Part shown: in pieces, positions 1 to 10,344 of the stretch
Numbering within the stretch: the stretch's first letter is position 1
Layout of the letters: every line of letters begins with the position of its first letter
Assembly (NCBI GenBank): GCA_963711565.1
Contig: CAVQEQ010000004.1
Location: forward strand, 1,472,001 to 1,536,000
DNA length: 64,000 nt
Direction of reading: 5' to 3'
Source: an uncultured delta proteobacterium
GTDB lineage: Bacteria > Desulfobacterota > Binatia > Binatales > Binataceae
Notes under the pieces: model-generated
Databases searched by the model: none
The model's input: the letters and a program-made list of their open reading frames with translations, nothing else
Told to the model about the DNA's origin: nothing
Made by a program: the position numbers and the translations under genes

Positions 1-108
1 AGCGATCGCGGCGGCGCAAAAATCGAGGATCTCGATCTTATGCGCGAGCTGCGCGCCGCATTACTCGAAAAGGTCGTACAAAATCCACGCCAGGAAGCAT
101 CCGCGTGA
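1..108 (+). CDS. 3' end of upstream gene (partial); possibly C-terminal ACT domain of GlnD
   Basis: Frame 1 reads SDRGGAKIEDLDLMRELRAALLEKVVQNPRQEASA*; stop overlaps the xerD GTG start (GTGA). Product guessed from weak resemblance only. Confidence 0.4.
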   Translation, partial: SDRGGAKIEDLDLMRELRAALLEKVVQNPRQEASA

Positions 109-1067
109 GCGCCGCCGGCTGGGACGATTTGATCGATCGACATCTGTCGCGCCAGGCCGTCGAGCGCGGGCTCAGCCAACATTCGATGGAGGCGTACGCG
201 CACGACCTCAGACTTTTTCAATTGTGGTGTCGCGAGGCCGGCCTCGAGCCCGCGCAACTCGACGCCGCCGCGCTGACTGCGTACCTCGAAGTGCTCGCCG
301 ACCAGGGCTTCGCCGTCAGTTCGCAGCGCCGTCATCTCGCCAGTCTGCGCGGCCTCGCGCGCGAGCTGGTGGACGAGAAGATCATCGAGCGCGATCCCGC
401 GCCCGCGGTAAAACTCCGGCCGCATCCGCGCAAACTGCCGCGCACGCTGTCGCCCAGCGATATCGAAAATCTCATCGCCGCGATCGACCCGCACGACGCG
501 CGCGGACTTCGCGATCGCGCGATGCTCGAAATGGCCTACGGCTGCGGGCTGCGCGTCTCCGAACTGGTCGGCCTGCAGCTTCATCAGGTAAATCTCGCGG
601 CCGGCGCCCTCGTCGTGCTCGGCAAGGGCAGCAAGGAGCGGATGGTGCCGATGGGCGGCGCCGCGATTCGCGCGCTGAAAGCCTATCTCGAGCGCCGCGA
701 CGAAATTCTCAATCCAGTTGGCGACGCCAAAGGCGGCAAGAAGAGAGTCCCGCGCCGCGTCTCCGCGGTATTCATTACACGGCTCGGCCGCGCGATGACC
801 CGGCAGGGATTTTTCAAGGCGTTAAAAGGATGGGCCGCGACCGATCCGCGCCTCGCATGGATAAGCCCGCACACGTTGCGGCATTGTTTTGCCACGCATC
901 TGCTCGAGGGCGGCGCCGATTTGCGCGCCGTGCAGGAGATGCTCGGTCACAGCGACATCTCGACCACGCAGATTTATACTCATCTCTCGAAGAGCCACCT
1001 GCGCAAGGTGCATCGCACGTTTCATCCGCGCGCCACCCGCGCGAGCGCGGCGGAAGGTACCAACTGA
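105..1067 (+). CDS. xerD: Tyrosine recombinase XerD
   Basis: RDRAMLE..Y.CGLRVSEL, GKGSKER, PHTLRHCFATHLLEGGADLR.VQEMLGH..ISTTQIYTH motifs; context upstream of scpA/scpB. Confidence 0.92.
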   Translation: MSAAGWDDLIDRHLSRQAVERGLSQHSMEAYAHDLRLFQLWCREAGLEPAQLDAAALTAYLEVLADQGFAVSSQRRHLASLRGLARELVDEKIIERDPAPAVKLRPHPRKLPRTLSPSDIENLIAAIDPHDARGLRDRAMLEMAYGCGLRVSELVGLQLHQVNLAAGALVVLGKGSKERMVPMGGAAIRALKAYLERRDEILNPVGDAKGGKKRVPRRVSAVFITRLGRAMTRQGFFKALKGWAATDPRLAWISPHTLRHCFATHLLEGGADLRAVQEMLGHSDISTTQIYTHLSKSHLRKVHRTFHPRATRASAAEGTN

Positions 1068-1068
1068 C

Positions 1069-1731
1069 TTGGGCGATCTGAACGGAACCATCGCGACCAT
1101 TTGTATCGTCGCGCCGCCGATCATGTTCGCGATCATCGCGCACGAGGTTATGCATGGCGTCGTAGCGCTGCGCCTTGGCGACGATACCGCGCTTCGGGCG
1201 GGACGCCTCACGCTGAATCCGATTTCGCACATCGACCTCTTCGGCACGATCATCCTGCCGTTCGGTCTGTATCTCTTTGGTCTGCCCGTGCTCGGCTACG
1301 CGAAGCCGGTCCCCGTCGATTTCCGCGTGCTGCGCGGCGGACGTACCGGGATGCTGAAAGTGGCCGCGGCAGGCCCGCTGACGAACTTCGTGCTCGCAAT
1401 CGTGAGCGGACTTTTGCTGCGCGCGATGCCGGCCTTCCTGCATGGCTCGCTCGGCCCAACCATCGCCCTGCCGCTCGCGCGGATGCTGCAGGCGTCGGTG
1501 ATCGTCAATGTCGAACTGGGAGTCTTCAATCTCTTTCCCGTGCTGCCGCTCGACGGCGGCCGCGTGCTGTTCAGTATTCTGCCGATCGCCGCCGCGCGCG
1601 CTTACGCGCAGACCGAGCGGTACGGCTTCCTTATACTGCTGTTGCTGCTGTATACGCATTGGCTGGATGTCGCGATATATCCGGTGATGAACATAGCCTA
1701 CAGCGCGATTACCTGGATGGTGCAGCTTTGA
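1069..1731 (+). CDS. Site-2 protease family (M50) membrane metalloprotease
   Basis: HEVMH zinc motif, GRLTLNP, AAAGPLTN, FNLFPVLPLDGGR; TTG start inferred. Confidence 0.9.
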   Translation: MGDLNGTIATICIVAPPIMFAIIAHEVMHGVVALRLGDDTALRAGRLTLNPISHIDLFGTIILPFGLYLFGLPVLGYAKPVPVDFRVLRGGRTGMLKVAAAGPLTNFVLAIVSGLLLRAMPAFLHGSLGPTIALPLARMLQASVIVNVELGVFNLFPVLPLDGGRVLFSILPIAAARAYAQTERYGFLILLLLLYTHWLDVAIYPVMNIAYSAITWMVQL

Positions 1732-2474
1732 GCGACGAGTCTAACCCGCCCAGGCTTGCGGCTGACGCCAGCGTCCGCTTCCGGCTCCCGATTTACGAGG
1801 GCCCGCTCGACCTCCTGCTGCATCTCCTCAAGCGCGCCGAGCTCGACCCGCACGAAGTAACCGCCAGCGTCATCACCGAGCAGTATTTGGCGTGGCTCGA
1901 ATTGCTCGGCCAGTTGAACCTCGACGTTGCCGGCGAGTACCTCGTGATGGCGGCGACGCTGCTCCTGATTAAGTCGTTCGCGATGCTGCCGCATCCGGAG
2001 CTCGCCGACACCGAGGAAGCCGAAGAGCTCAAGCGCGACCTGGTCGAGCGCCTGCTCGAATATCAGCGCTATCGCGAGGCGGCTGAAAAGCTCGGCGAGC
2101 GCGCGCTGCTTGGCCGCGACGTCTTCACCACGCCCGGCGAAAGCGCGCCCGAAGACGCGAACGCGAAGCTTTACACCGTTTCGATTTTCGATTTGGTCGA
2201 GGCGATTGGCGCGGTGCTGAAGCGCGTCGCCGACAAGACGCCGCGCAAAATCGAGCTGCGCGACATCCCGGTCGCGGAATGTATCCCGCGCATCCTGCGC
2301 GCTCTGCAAGGCGCGGGACGAGTCCAGTTCGCCGCGCTGTTCGAGGATGCAGACGACCGCTCGCTCGTAATCGCGACGTTCATGGCGTTGCTCGAGTTGA
2401 TTCGCCGCCGCGAAGTTCGTGCATTCCAGGAAGTGCGGTTCGGCCCGATCCTTCTGGAGAGCGCTGCGGCATGA
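1728..2474 (+). CDS. scpA: Segregation and condensation protein A
   Basis: YEGPLDLLLHL, GEYLVMAATLLLIKS, TFMALLELI motifs; TTG start overlapping the previous stop. Confidence 0.93.
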   Translation: MSDESNPPRLAADASVRFRLPIYEGPLDLLLHLLKRAELDPHEVTASVITEQYLAWLELLGQLNLDVAGEYLVMAATLLLIKSFAMLPHPELADTEEAEELKRDLVERLLEYQRYREAAEKLGERALLGRDVFTTPGESAPEDANAKLYTVSIFDLVEAIGAVLKRVADKTPRKIELRDIPVAECIPRILRALQGAGRVQFAALFEDADDRSLVIATFMALLELIRRREVRAFQEVRFGPILLESAAA

Positions 2475-2484
2475 CGGAGGTTGA

Positions 2485-3150
2485 GTGGAAGAAGAGCGAT
2501 TGAAATCAATTCTCGCGAGCCTGCTGTTCGCGGCCGGCGAGCCCGTCTCGATTGCGCGGCTGGCCGCCGTCTTCGACGACATGCCGCGTGCGACCGTGCA
2601 CAAGGCGCTGGCCGAGATGTGTTCGCAGTACGCCGCCGAAAACCGCGGCATCGTCATCGACGAAGTCGCCGGCGGCTACCAGATGCGCACGCCCAAGGAT
2701 CACGCCGGCTACGTGCGCAAGCTGCTCGCGGCGCGTCCGCCGCGGCTCAGCCGCCCGCTGATGGAGACCGTCGCGATAATCGCCTACCGGCAGCCGATCA
2801 CGCGCCCCGAGATAGAGCAGTTGCGCGGCGTCGATACCGGCGGCGTGCTCGAAACGCTGCTCGAAAAGCGGCTCGTCAAGATTGCCGGACGCAAGGAAGC
2901 GCCGGGTCGCCCCATAATCTACGAGACCACCGCCGAGTTCCTCGAACTGTTCGGACTGAAGGACCTCGAAGGCTTGCCCGACCTCTCGGAGTTCCGCGAA
3001 ATCGAACGCGCCGTCGAGCAGGCAAACACCGGCCCGGTCCAAGGCATCGAGACTCACCCCGAGGATTCCGCCGAAACTGCGGAACCTTCAGCGGAAGAAC
3101 CAGCCGAGCCGGAGGCGGAGACCTCCGACGACGACAAGACCTCGCACTGA
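2485..3150 (+). CDS. scpB: SMC-Scp complex subunit ScpB
   Basis: VAGGYQMRT, ETVAIIAYRQPITRPEIEQLRGVD, PGRPIIYETTAEFLELFGL. Confidence 0.95.
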   Translation: MEEERLKSILASLLFAAGEPVSIARLAAVFDDMPRATVHKALAEMCSQYAAENRGIVIDEVAGGYQMRTPKDHAGYVRKLLAARPPRLSRPLMETVAIIAYRQPITRPEIEQLRGVDTGGVLETLLEKRLVKIAGRKEAPGRPIIYETTAEFLELFGLKDLEGLPDLSEFREIERAVEQANTGPVQGIETHPEDSAETAEPSAEEPAEPEAETSDDDKTSH

Positions 3151-3159
3151 AACGGAACA

Positions 3160-4338
3160 ATGCTGATGTATCGATATCGACTACTTTTTCTCCTGGTGCT
3201 GACTTCCCTTGTGTTCGCAGGATCGTCGTTCGCCCAGCAGAAGCCCTCAGCCCCTGAAAACGATCCGCTCTACATGCGCGTCGTCGCGATGCCGTACCCG
3301 CCCGAGGCGCAAATCCTCGATGGCGCTGGTCGCCGCCATTCGGCCTACGAGCTGTACGTTACGAATTGGGGTAAGACGCCGCTCAAGATCACCAAGCTCG
3401 AGGTGAATGGGAAGGACGACGACAAGGTGGTCGTGGCGCAGTCGAACAGCGGCAAGCAGCTCGCGGCGATGTTCGTGCCGGTGGACGGCGACGGCACCAA
3501 GCCCAACGATCCGAGTCTCAAGCCGGGCCAGACCGGCGTTTTTTTTATTTTTACCGATTGGCTTCCCGACGACGGCGATCCGGACAATTTTAATACGGCG
3601 ATTACGATCGAACAGCACGGCGAGCGCGCCGGCTCCGGCACAATCCATACCGCCGCGATCGATCTCAACCAGGACGACCCGATCGTGATCCACTCTCCGC
3701 TTCGCGGCAAAAACTGGCTCGCGGCTAACGGGCCTTCCAACACCTCGGCACATCGCCGCGCGATGCTCCCGATAAACGGCCAGCCGCACATCGGCCAGCG
3801 CTATGCGATCGACTGGATTCAGCTCGGCGACGACGGCAAGTCGTTTAGCGGCGACGAGCACGACAACAAAAGCTATCACGCGTGGGACCAGGAGATTCAC
3901 GCCGTCGCCGACGGCAAAATCGTCGAGGTAAAGGACGGCATCCCCGAGAACGTGCCCAACAGCGGCAAGCTCGCGACTCCGATTACGTACGACACGCTCG
4001 CCGGCAATCACATCATCGAGCAGCTTAGCGACGACCATTTCGCCGCGTACGCGCACCTGCGGCCCGGCACGCTCAAGGTGAAGGTGGGCGACACGGTCCA
4101 CGCCGGCGACGTGCTCGCGCATCTCGGCAACACCGGCAATTCGTCGGAGCCGCACTTGCATTTCCAGGTCTGCGACGCACCGTCATTCCCGGCCTCGGAA
4201 GGCATGCCGTTCGCGATCGATCAGTACACCTACGAGGACTACAAGCTCGACAAGGCACCGAAGCCCGCGCTGACCGTAAAGTCGTCGCATGCAATGACCA
4301 AACAAGAACCGATGGAAGACGAGCTGGATTCGTTCTAG
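3160..4338 (+). CDS. Secreted M23 family metallopeptidase
   Basis: Signal peptide; YAIDW, YAHL, GNTGNSSEPHLHFQ motifs. Confidence 0.88.
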   Translation: MLMYRYRLLFLLVLTSLVFAGSSFAQQKPSAPENDPLYMRVVAMPYPPEAQILDGAGRRHSAYELYVTNWGKTPLKITKLEVNGKDDDKVVVAQSNSGKQLAAMFVPVDGDGTKPNDPSLKPGQTGVFFIFTDWLPDDGDPDNFNTAITIEQHGERAGSGTIHTAAIDLNQDDPIVIHSPLRGKNWLAANGPSNTSAHRRAMLPINGQPHIGQRYAIDWIQLGDDGKSFSGDEHDNKSYHAWDQEIHAVADGKIVEVKDGIPENVPNSGKLATPITYDTLAGNHIIEQLSDDHFAAYAHLRPGTLKVKVGDTVHAGDVLAHLGNTGNSSEPHLHFQVCDAPSFPASEGMPFAIDQYTYEDYKLDKAPKPALTVKSSHAMTKQEPMEDELDSF

Positions 4339-4366
4339 CCGAAGCCGCCAACTACACGAGGTCACG

Positions 4367-5176
4367 ATGGAACACGTCGAAGGAAAGACAGCCTTCATAA
4401 CCGGAGGAGCGCGCGGGATTGGTCTGGGTATCGGTCGCGCATTTGCCCGCGCCGGCGTGAAGCTCGCGATCGCGGATATCGACAACGACTCCCTCGCGTC
4501 GGCGAAGTCCGAACTTGCGAAACTCACCGCGGTGGAGACGTTCAACCTCGACGTGCGGGACCGCGAGGCCTACGCCCGCGTCGCCGACGAAACCGAAGCG
4601 CGCCTGGGCCCCGTATCAATCCTGTGCAACAACGCCGGCGTGGCGGCTGCGACCCGTTTTACATACGAATTTTGGGATTGGATGCTGGGAATCAATCTGA
4701 ACGGCGTGATCAACGGGATACAGACGTTCATGCCGCGGATGCTGGAGCGCGGCGGCGAGGGGCATATCGTGAACACTGCATCGGGCGCGGGACTTGTCGC
4801 CGAGGGCAGTAGCGTGATGTACAGCACGTCGAAATTCGCAGTGGTCGGCATGTCTGAAGGCCTGCGGCGAGAACTCGAGCCTAAGCAAATTGGAGTGACC
4901 GTCCTATGCCCGGGTCCTGTCGGGACTAACATCGTCGGGAACAGCCGCATCACGCAGCCAGCCGCGCGCGACGCGGAAGAGGCCAAGACCTGGGCAGCGG
5001 TAACGGATCAAGTCACCGCTGTGCTGGCTCGCGGCGTTCCTCCCGACGAGGTCGGCGAGATGGTACTCGTGGCGGTGAAGGAGAACCGGCTCTACATCCA
5101 CACCGATCGCGTGATGGAGAAATATATTATCGCGCGAACGAAGGCCCTGCTCGACGCGCTGCCACCTGCTCGCTAG
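4367..5176 (+). CDS. SDR family oxidoreductase
   Basis: TGGARGIG, NNAG, YSTSK catalytic motif. Confidence 0.92.
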   Translation: MEHVEGKTAFITGGARGIGLGIGRAFARAGVKLAIADIDNDSLASAKSELAKLTAVETFNLDVRDREAYARVADETEARLGPVSILCNNAGVAAATRFTYEFWDWMLGINLNGVINGIQTFMPRMLERGGEGHIVNTASGAGLVAEGSSVMYSTSKFAVVGMSEGLRRELEPKQIGVTVLCPGPVGTNIVGNSRITQPAARDAEEAKTWAAVTDQVTAVLARGVPPDEVGEMVLVAVKENRLYIHTDRVMEKYIIARTKALLDALPPAR

Positions 5177-5187
5177 TTCGAGACTTC

Positions 5188-6570
5188 CTAGACGCCCGTA
5201 TCCTCGAACACTCCCGTCTCCGGCGTGTAGTTCTCGAAGCGGGTGTAGTTGTTGAGGTACGTCAGCTTCGCCGTGTCGGTGGGGCCGTTACGCTGTTTGG
5301 CGACGATGATTTCGGCAATGCCCGGCTCCTTGCTCTCCTTGCCCTTGTACATTTCTTCGCGGTAGATGAACGCGATCACGTCGGCGTCCTGCTCGATTGC
5401 GCCCGACTCGCGCAGGTCGGACAGCATCGGGCGCCGATTCTCGCGCGACTCGACCTGCCGATTGAGCTGCGAGAGCGCAATCACCGGCACCTTGAGTTCC
5501 TTCGCGAGCCCTTTGAGCGAGCGCGAGATTTCCGCGATTTCCTTTTCGCGATTTTCGCCCGGCCGCGCCGATCTCATCAGCTGGATGTAGTCAACGATTA
5601 TCAGGCCGAGATTCTTGGCGCGCTCGCGCTTGAGCCGTCGGCATTTCGCCTTGAGCGTGATCAACGTCGTGTCGGACGAGTCATCAATGTAGATGTTCGA
5701 CTCCGACAACCGCGCCGCCGCCTGCGCCAGCTTGGGGAAATCGCGCTCGCCGAGAAATCCCTGCCGCGCGCGCGCGCTGTCCACCCGCGCCTCCGAGCAC
5801 AGCATGCGCAGCACGAGCTGCTCCTTCGACATTTCCAGCGAGAAAAACGCTACGCCCATCGGCGGATCCGCATCCATCGCCGCGTAGGCCGCAATATTCA
5901 GCGCGAGCGCCGATTTGCCCATACTGGGGCGGGCCGCGATGATCACCAGGTCCGACGGCTGAAAACCCGCCGTAATTCGATCGAGATCGATGAACCCGCT
6001 CGGCACGCCGGTGATCATCTCGCGGTTCTCGTACAGCCGCTCGAGGATCTTCAGCGACTCGCGCGTCAGCTCGGGCATCGCATGGAACGACGGCTTAATC
6101 CGCCGCTCGGAAATCTCGAAAATCCGATGCTCGGCTTCGTCGAGGAAGCCGTCCACGTCCGCCGGCGCCTCGTACGACGAGCTTGCGATGTCAGTCGCGA
6201 TCGAGCCGAGGCTCCGCAGCACCGCCTTGTCGTGCACGATCCGCGCGTAGTGCGCGACGTTCGCGGCCGTCGGCACTATCGACGCCAGCTCCGCGATGTA
6301 TGCGGGCCCGCCAATCTGCTCGAGCACGCCCCTGGTGCGCAGCGCGTCCGTCAGCGTGATCGCATCGACCGGCTGGCTGTGGTCGGTGAGCTCCGCCATC
6401 GCGCGGAATATCTGCCGATGCGACTCGCGATAAAAATCCTCGTCCGAAAGGATTTCGAGCGAATGGTTAATCGCGTCGTTGTCGAGCAGAATCGCGCCCA
6501 GCACCGACTGTTCTGCTTCGAGATTCTGCGGAGGAACGCGCTTTAGAATATCGTCCGACGAAACCGCCAC
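5188..6570 (-). CDS. dnaB: Replicative DNA helicase
   Basis: PPQNLEAEQSVLG, AARPSMGKS Walker A, DYIQL, LSDLRESGAIEQDAD, KQRNGPT. Confidence 0.97.
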   Translation of the reverse strand: MAVSSDDILKRVPPQNLEAEQSVLGAILLDNDAINHSLEILSDEDFYRESHRQIFRAMAELTDHSQPVDAITLTDALRTRGVLEQIGGPAYIAELASIVPTAANVAHYARIVHDKAVLRSLGSIATDIASSSYEAPADVDGFLDEAEHRIFEISERRIKPSFHAMPELTRESLKILERLYENREMITGVPSGFIDLDRITAGFQPSDLVIIAARPSMGKSALALNIAAYAAMDADPPMGVAFFSLEMSKEQLVLRMLCSEARVDSARARQGFLGERDFPKLAQAAARLSESNIYIDDSSDTTLITLKAKCRRLKRERAKNLGLIIVDYIQLMRSARPGENREKEIAEISRSLKGLAKELKVPVIALSQLNRQVESRENRRPMLSDLRESGAIEQDADVIAFIYREEMYKGKESKEPGIAEIIVAKQRNGPTDTAKLTYLNNYTRFENYTPETGVFEDTGV

Positions 6571-6711
6571 CTGACCTCCTCCTCAACCAACCGCGCGCCC
6601 GGAATTTTCTGGAGCGCCGATTATTTCCGATACGTTCATCGCTTACAACTATTACACCCGCCGCAAGCCAACGGTTGTCACCACGCCGTCCACAGCCGAT
6701 GCACAGATCGG

Positions 6712-7413
6712 CTAGCGCGATCGCCGCCGCCGCGGACGATTGACCGCGAGCATCGGGCCCAGCGCGACGCCGAACATGAATCCGCCGACGTGCGCCCACC
6801 ATGCGACTCCGCCCATTGCCGCCGCGCCACCGCTTTGTTCGAGTCCCGCGTAGAGCTGCACCGCAAACCAGAACAGCAGGTAGATAACCGCCGGAATCTC
6901 GACGAACTGAATGAAAATGAAAATCGGCAGAATCGTGAGGATGCGCCCGCGCGGGTACAGGATGAAGTACGCGCCGAGCACGCCCGCAATCGCGCCGCTT
7001 GCGCCAATCACCGGCACGCTCGACTCAGGCGCGATCCACACCGTCGCGAGCGCCGCCGCGATTCCCGCGGCGAAATAGAAAATCAGGTACCGCAGCGCGC
7101 CCAGCCGATACTCGACCGCCGCGCCGAAGATGAAGAGATAGAGCATGTTGCCCGCGATGTGCCAGAAACCGCCGTGGACGAACATCGACGTGACCGTCGT
7201 CATCAGCGGCGCGAGCGCTTCGACGTTGCGATGCGCGCCGCTGGTGAGCGCTCGCGTCACCGCCGCCGGCACCAGCGCGAATCGCTCGACGAATGCCGCG
7301 ACGCGCGTGCCGAGCGACAGCTCGTAAACGAACACCGCGACGTTTGCGGCGATGAACGCGCTGTTGATCGGGGTCAGGCGGCGCGGCGCAACGTTATCGC
7401 GAAGCGGGATCAT
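6712..7413 (-). CDS. Rhomboid intramembrane serine protease
   Basis: MIPLRD start, SMFVHGG..HIAGNM, GASGAIAG, AHVGGF. Confidence 0.93.
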   Translation of the reverse strand: MIPLRDNVAPRRLTPINSAFIAANVAVFVYELSLGTRVAAFVERFALVPAAVTRALTSGAHRNVEALAPLMTTVTSMFVHGGFWHIAGNMLYLFIFGAAVEYRLGALRYLIFYFAAGIAAALATVWIAPESSVPVIGASGAIAGVLGAYFILYPRGRILTILPIFIFIQFVEIPAVIYLLFWFAVQLYAGLEQSGGAAAMGGVAWWAHVGGFMFGVALGPMLAVNRPRRRRSR

Positions 7414-7607
7414 CGGAGAGTCGGGCCGCGATTAGGTCGGCGGAGCAATACTAGCGGCGCACGGCGGCCCTGCGCGAGACGGCCGTGACTTGAGCGGGAC
7501 CCCGTTGTATGCGACAAAGATCGACGGATCGGCGACAACGTCAACCGCGATCCGGAATCGCGTCCCGCACGTCGGCGATCGCGAATCTTCTAACGGAGGT
7601 ATCAATC

Positions 7608-8333
7608 ATGGAAGTTGTCTCGAGTGAAGTGTCTGTTCGCACCGGCGCCGAGAATATGCCGGCGCATCTCGCGCGCCCGGCGTCCGGCGGTCCCTATCCC
7701 GCGCTGGTCGTCGTGATGGAAGCGTTCGGCCTCAACGATCAGATCAAACGCATCACCAATCAATTCGCGTCCGAAGGTTTCGTCGCCATCTCCCCGAATC
7801 TCTATTTTCGCCAACCCAACAACGTCGTCGGCTACAACGATTTGCCCGGCGCTTTTCGCCTGATGGGCTCGATCAACGACGATCAGATCGTCGCCGACAT
7901 GGGCGCCGCGATCGATCATCTGAAAAGCCTGAAAGAAGTAAAGCCCGCGTTCGGCACCACCGGGTTCTGCATGGGCGGACGCGTCAGTTTCCTGACCGCA
8001 TGCCGCAATCCCGCTGTCAGAGCCACCGCACCGTACTACGGCGGCGGCATCGTCAAGTCGCGCCAGCCGGGCGTCAAGCCGCCAATCGAATACGTCGATG
8101 GTCTCAAGGCCCCCGTCCTGGCGTTCTTCGGCGGCAAGGACGCCTTCATTCCGATCACCGAAGTCGACGAATTTCGCGACGCCCTGAAGAAAGCCGGCAA
8201 GCCGGCCGAGGTAGTCTTCTATCCCGACGCCGACCACGGCTTCATGTGCGACGACCGCCCGTCGTTCCATCCCGTGCATTCGAAAGAGGCGTGGGCGCGG
8301 ACCATCGCGTTCTTCAAAGAGTATCTCGGCTGA
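7608..8333 (+). CDS. Dienelactone hydrolase family protein
   Basis: EAFGLN, GFCMGG nucleophile motif, YPDADHGF; GGAGG RBS before ATG 7608. Confidence 0.92.
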   Translation: MEVVSSEVSVRTGAENMPAHLARPASGGPYPALVVVMEAFGLNDQIKRITNQFASEGFVAISPNLYFRQPNNVVGYNDLPGAFRLMGSINDDQIVADMGAAIDHLKSLKEVKPAFGTTGFCMGGRVSFLTACRNPAVRATAPYYGGGIVKSRQPGVKPPIEYVDGLKAPVLAFFGGKDAFIPITEVDEFRDALKKAGKPAEVVFYPDADHGFMCDDRPSFHPVHSKEAWARTIAFFKEYLG

Positions 8334-8350
8334 AACGGCGTGGTCGCGTC

Positions 8351-8818
8351 TTGTTGATATTATTGCGGCGGGCCGGTCTGCGCCGGCCCGCTTTTTTTCT
8401 TGCACTCGCCATCGCCATCGTCGCGGCCGGCGGATGCTATTCCACCGACTATCGCCGCACGATGGCCGCGAACGTGTCGCTGCTCTCCGATATGTCCGAC
8501 AAGCTCGCCGACTACTGCCGCACTTATTTCAAGCTCGACGATCGCCAGCTGTCGTCCGAGGAGATGGGCGAGTTCTATTACGCCTTCAACAAGGCCAACG
8601 CGTTCTCATCCTCGACGCCGCGCGAGGCGTCGCGCCCGTCGCATCGCGATTTCATCAAGCTGCTCAACGCCTACGAGAAATTCGCCCACGCCGCCGACGA
8701 ATACCGGCTCGATGGCAAAGTCAACCCCGCGATGCTCGCGTCGTTGCTCTCGCAGCACGACCAGGTCCGCCACCTCGCCGGCAAAGTCAGCGAAGACCTG
8801 AAGAACGAACCCGACTGA
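8351..8818 (+). CDS. Hypothetical lipoprotein
   Basis: Hydrophobic stretch ending AAGG-C (lipobox-like), host-like codon usage; start uncertain. Confidence 0.65.
   Translation: MLILLRRAGLRRPAFFLALAIAIVAAGGCYSTDYRRTMAANVSLLSDMSDKLADYCRTYFKLDDRQLSSEEMGEFYYAFNKANAFSSSTPREASRPSHRDFIKLLNAYEKFAHAADEYRLDGKVNPAMLASLLSQHDQVRHLAGKVSEDLKNEPD
8368..8398 (+). terminator. Intrinsic terminator-like hairpin
   Basis: GCGGGCCGG-TCTGCG-CCGGCCCGC followed by 7 T. Confidence 0.65.
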
Positions 8819-8833
8819 TACGTCGCGTGGCGC

Positions 8834-9514
8834 TCAGCCCTTCCAATGCTGGCCGTACTTGTCCAGGTACGCGACTTCGCTCACCGGGCGCCGCTTGATC
8901 GGTCCGAACTTTCCCTGCGGATATCCGATCGGCATCAGCGCATAGGTCTGCACTTCGGGCGGCAGCCCAAGGATCTGTTTCACCTCGTCCTCGAAAAACG
9001 TGTGAATCGTCGTCAGCACCGTGCCGAGTCCCAGCCCGCGGCACGCGAGAATAATATTCTGCACCGCGGGATAGATGCTCGAGCCCGACGTCCGCGCGAG
9101 GCTCTTCATCACCGCGGCAATCTCGGGCGGAAGCTTGGGCTGCGCTCCAGTGGGCGCGGTTTGCTTCAGGCATGCGATCAGCAGCACCGGCGCGTCCGCC
9201 ATGTGATCGATCAGGTACGTCGCCGACGCCATCAGCTTGCGGTAAGTGTCCTCGGCCATGTGCGCGGGCTTGACGCGATTCGCGTACAACGCCATGAGGA
9301 TTCCGCCGCCCTTGCGATACACGTCGCCGATCTTCTTGCGCTGCGCGGCGTCCTTGATGATCACGAACTCCCAGCTCTGTTCGTTGCTGCCCGACGGCGC
9401 GCGAATCGCCGCATCGAGCACCTTGGTGATTACCTCGTCGGGAACCGGATCGGGCTTGAACCGCCTGAGCGACCGCGCCGAATAAATTGCCTCGAAAAGT
9501 CCAATCTCCGCCAT
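8834..9514 (-). CDS. Nitroreductase family protein
   Basis: RSLRRFKPDPVP, APSGSNEQSWEF, QNIILACRGLGLGT, PIGYP. Confidence 0.92.
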   Translation of the reverse strand: MAEIGLFEAIYSARSLRRFKPDPVPDEVITKVLDAAIRAPSGSNEQSWEFVIIKDAAQRKKIGDVYRKGGGILMALYANRVKPAHMAEDTYRKLMASATYLIDHMADAPVLLIACLKQTAPTGAQPKLPPEIAAVMKSLARTSGSSIYPAVQNIILACRGLGLGTVLTTIHTFFEDEVKQILGLPPEVQTYALMPIGYPQGKFGPIKRRPVSEVAYLDKYGQHWKG

Positions 9515-9570
9515 TGTTGAAAGCTCCTTCTACGAATTACTGTCGGTTGAGAATTGCATCCGGTGCCTCA

Positions 9571-9620
9571 AAAAGAAAAGCGGCCGTGCGATCGCTGTCG
9601 ATCGCAAAGCCGCTTCTTTT
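9571..9620. terminator. Bidirectional terminator-like hairpin
   Basis: AAAAGAAAAGCGGC..GCGATCG-CTGT-CGATCGC..GCCGCTTCTTTT, downstream of the VOC gene. Confidence 0.6.
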
Positions 9621-9648
9621 CAATCGTCAATCAGCCGCGCGCGCCCGC

Positions 9649-10218
9649 TCACACCGGCGTGCGATTCAGTTTCGGCGAAGCCTGCGGCCCCGCCAGCGTC
9701 TGGTAAACTTTCTTCGCATCCTCCGGATCGCTCACCATCGGCCCCGGTTGATCATGATGCTTCATGATCTTGTCGTCCGCGGTGAACGCGCGGACCGTCG
9801 CGCAATATTCGAGCAGCAGGCCGTTGGGATCGCGAAAGTAGATCGAGCGGCACCATTCATGATCGACCACCGGCGTCACATCAACGTCCTTTGCGATCAA
9901 TTCCTCGCGCTTGGCTTCGAGCTCCTTCACGTCGTCGCAATGGAACGCGAAATGGTAGAACGCGCCCGGAAGTCCCTGCGCGCTGTTGATATCGGTCGCC
10001 CACTCGGTCGGCACGCCCGGCACTTTCTCCGGACACATGAACGCGACCATGCTGCCGTCGCCCGTGTCCAGGAACACATGCTTGATCTTGCCGCCCGCGG
10101 CCGGCTCGATAATATCTGACCACGCGACTTCCCAGCCCAACTTCGTCGTGTAGAACTCGACCGTGCGATCGATATCGAGAGTCGCCAACCCCAGATGATG
10201 GACCCCAGTGCGTTTCAT
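9649..10218 (-). CDS. VOC/glyoxalase family protein
   Basis: GVHHLGL, HFAF, SIYFRDPNGLLLE. Confidence 0.9.
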   Translation of the reverse strand: MKRTGVHHLGLATLDIDRTVEFYTTKLGWEVAWSDIIEPAAGGKIKHVFLDTGDGSMVAFMCPEKVPGVPTEWATDINSAQGLPGAFYHFAFHCDDVKELEAKREELIAKDVDVTPVVDHEWCRSIYFRDPNGLLLEYCATVRAFTADDKIMKHHDQPGPMVSDPEDAKKVYQTLAGPQASPKLNRTPV

Positions 10219-10344
10219 CGCCTACCCTCCTGTCCCGTCCACCACTTTACTAACACGCCGGATTCGATAGTCAAACGCTCCAGAACGATCGTTCAAGACT
10301 CCCGTTCAGGCGCGCCGTCGCTAAGTAAGTCGCTCCTTCTTCAA

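Noticed and set aside
105-1067. Tyrosine recombinase as integrase of the tail/prophage region
   Set aside because: Motifs and scpAB context indicate housekeeping XerD, 50 kb from the tail cluster.
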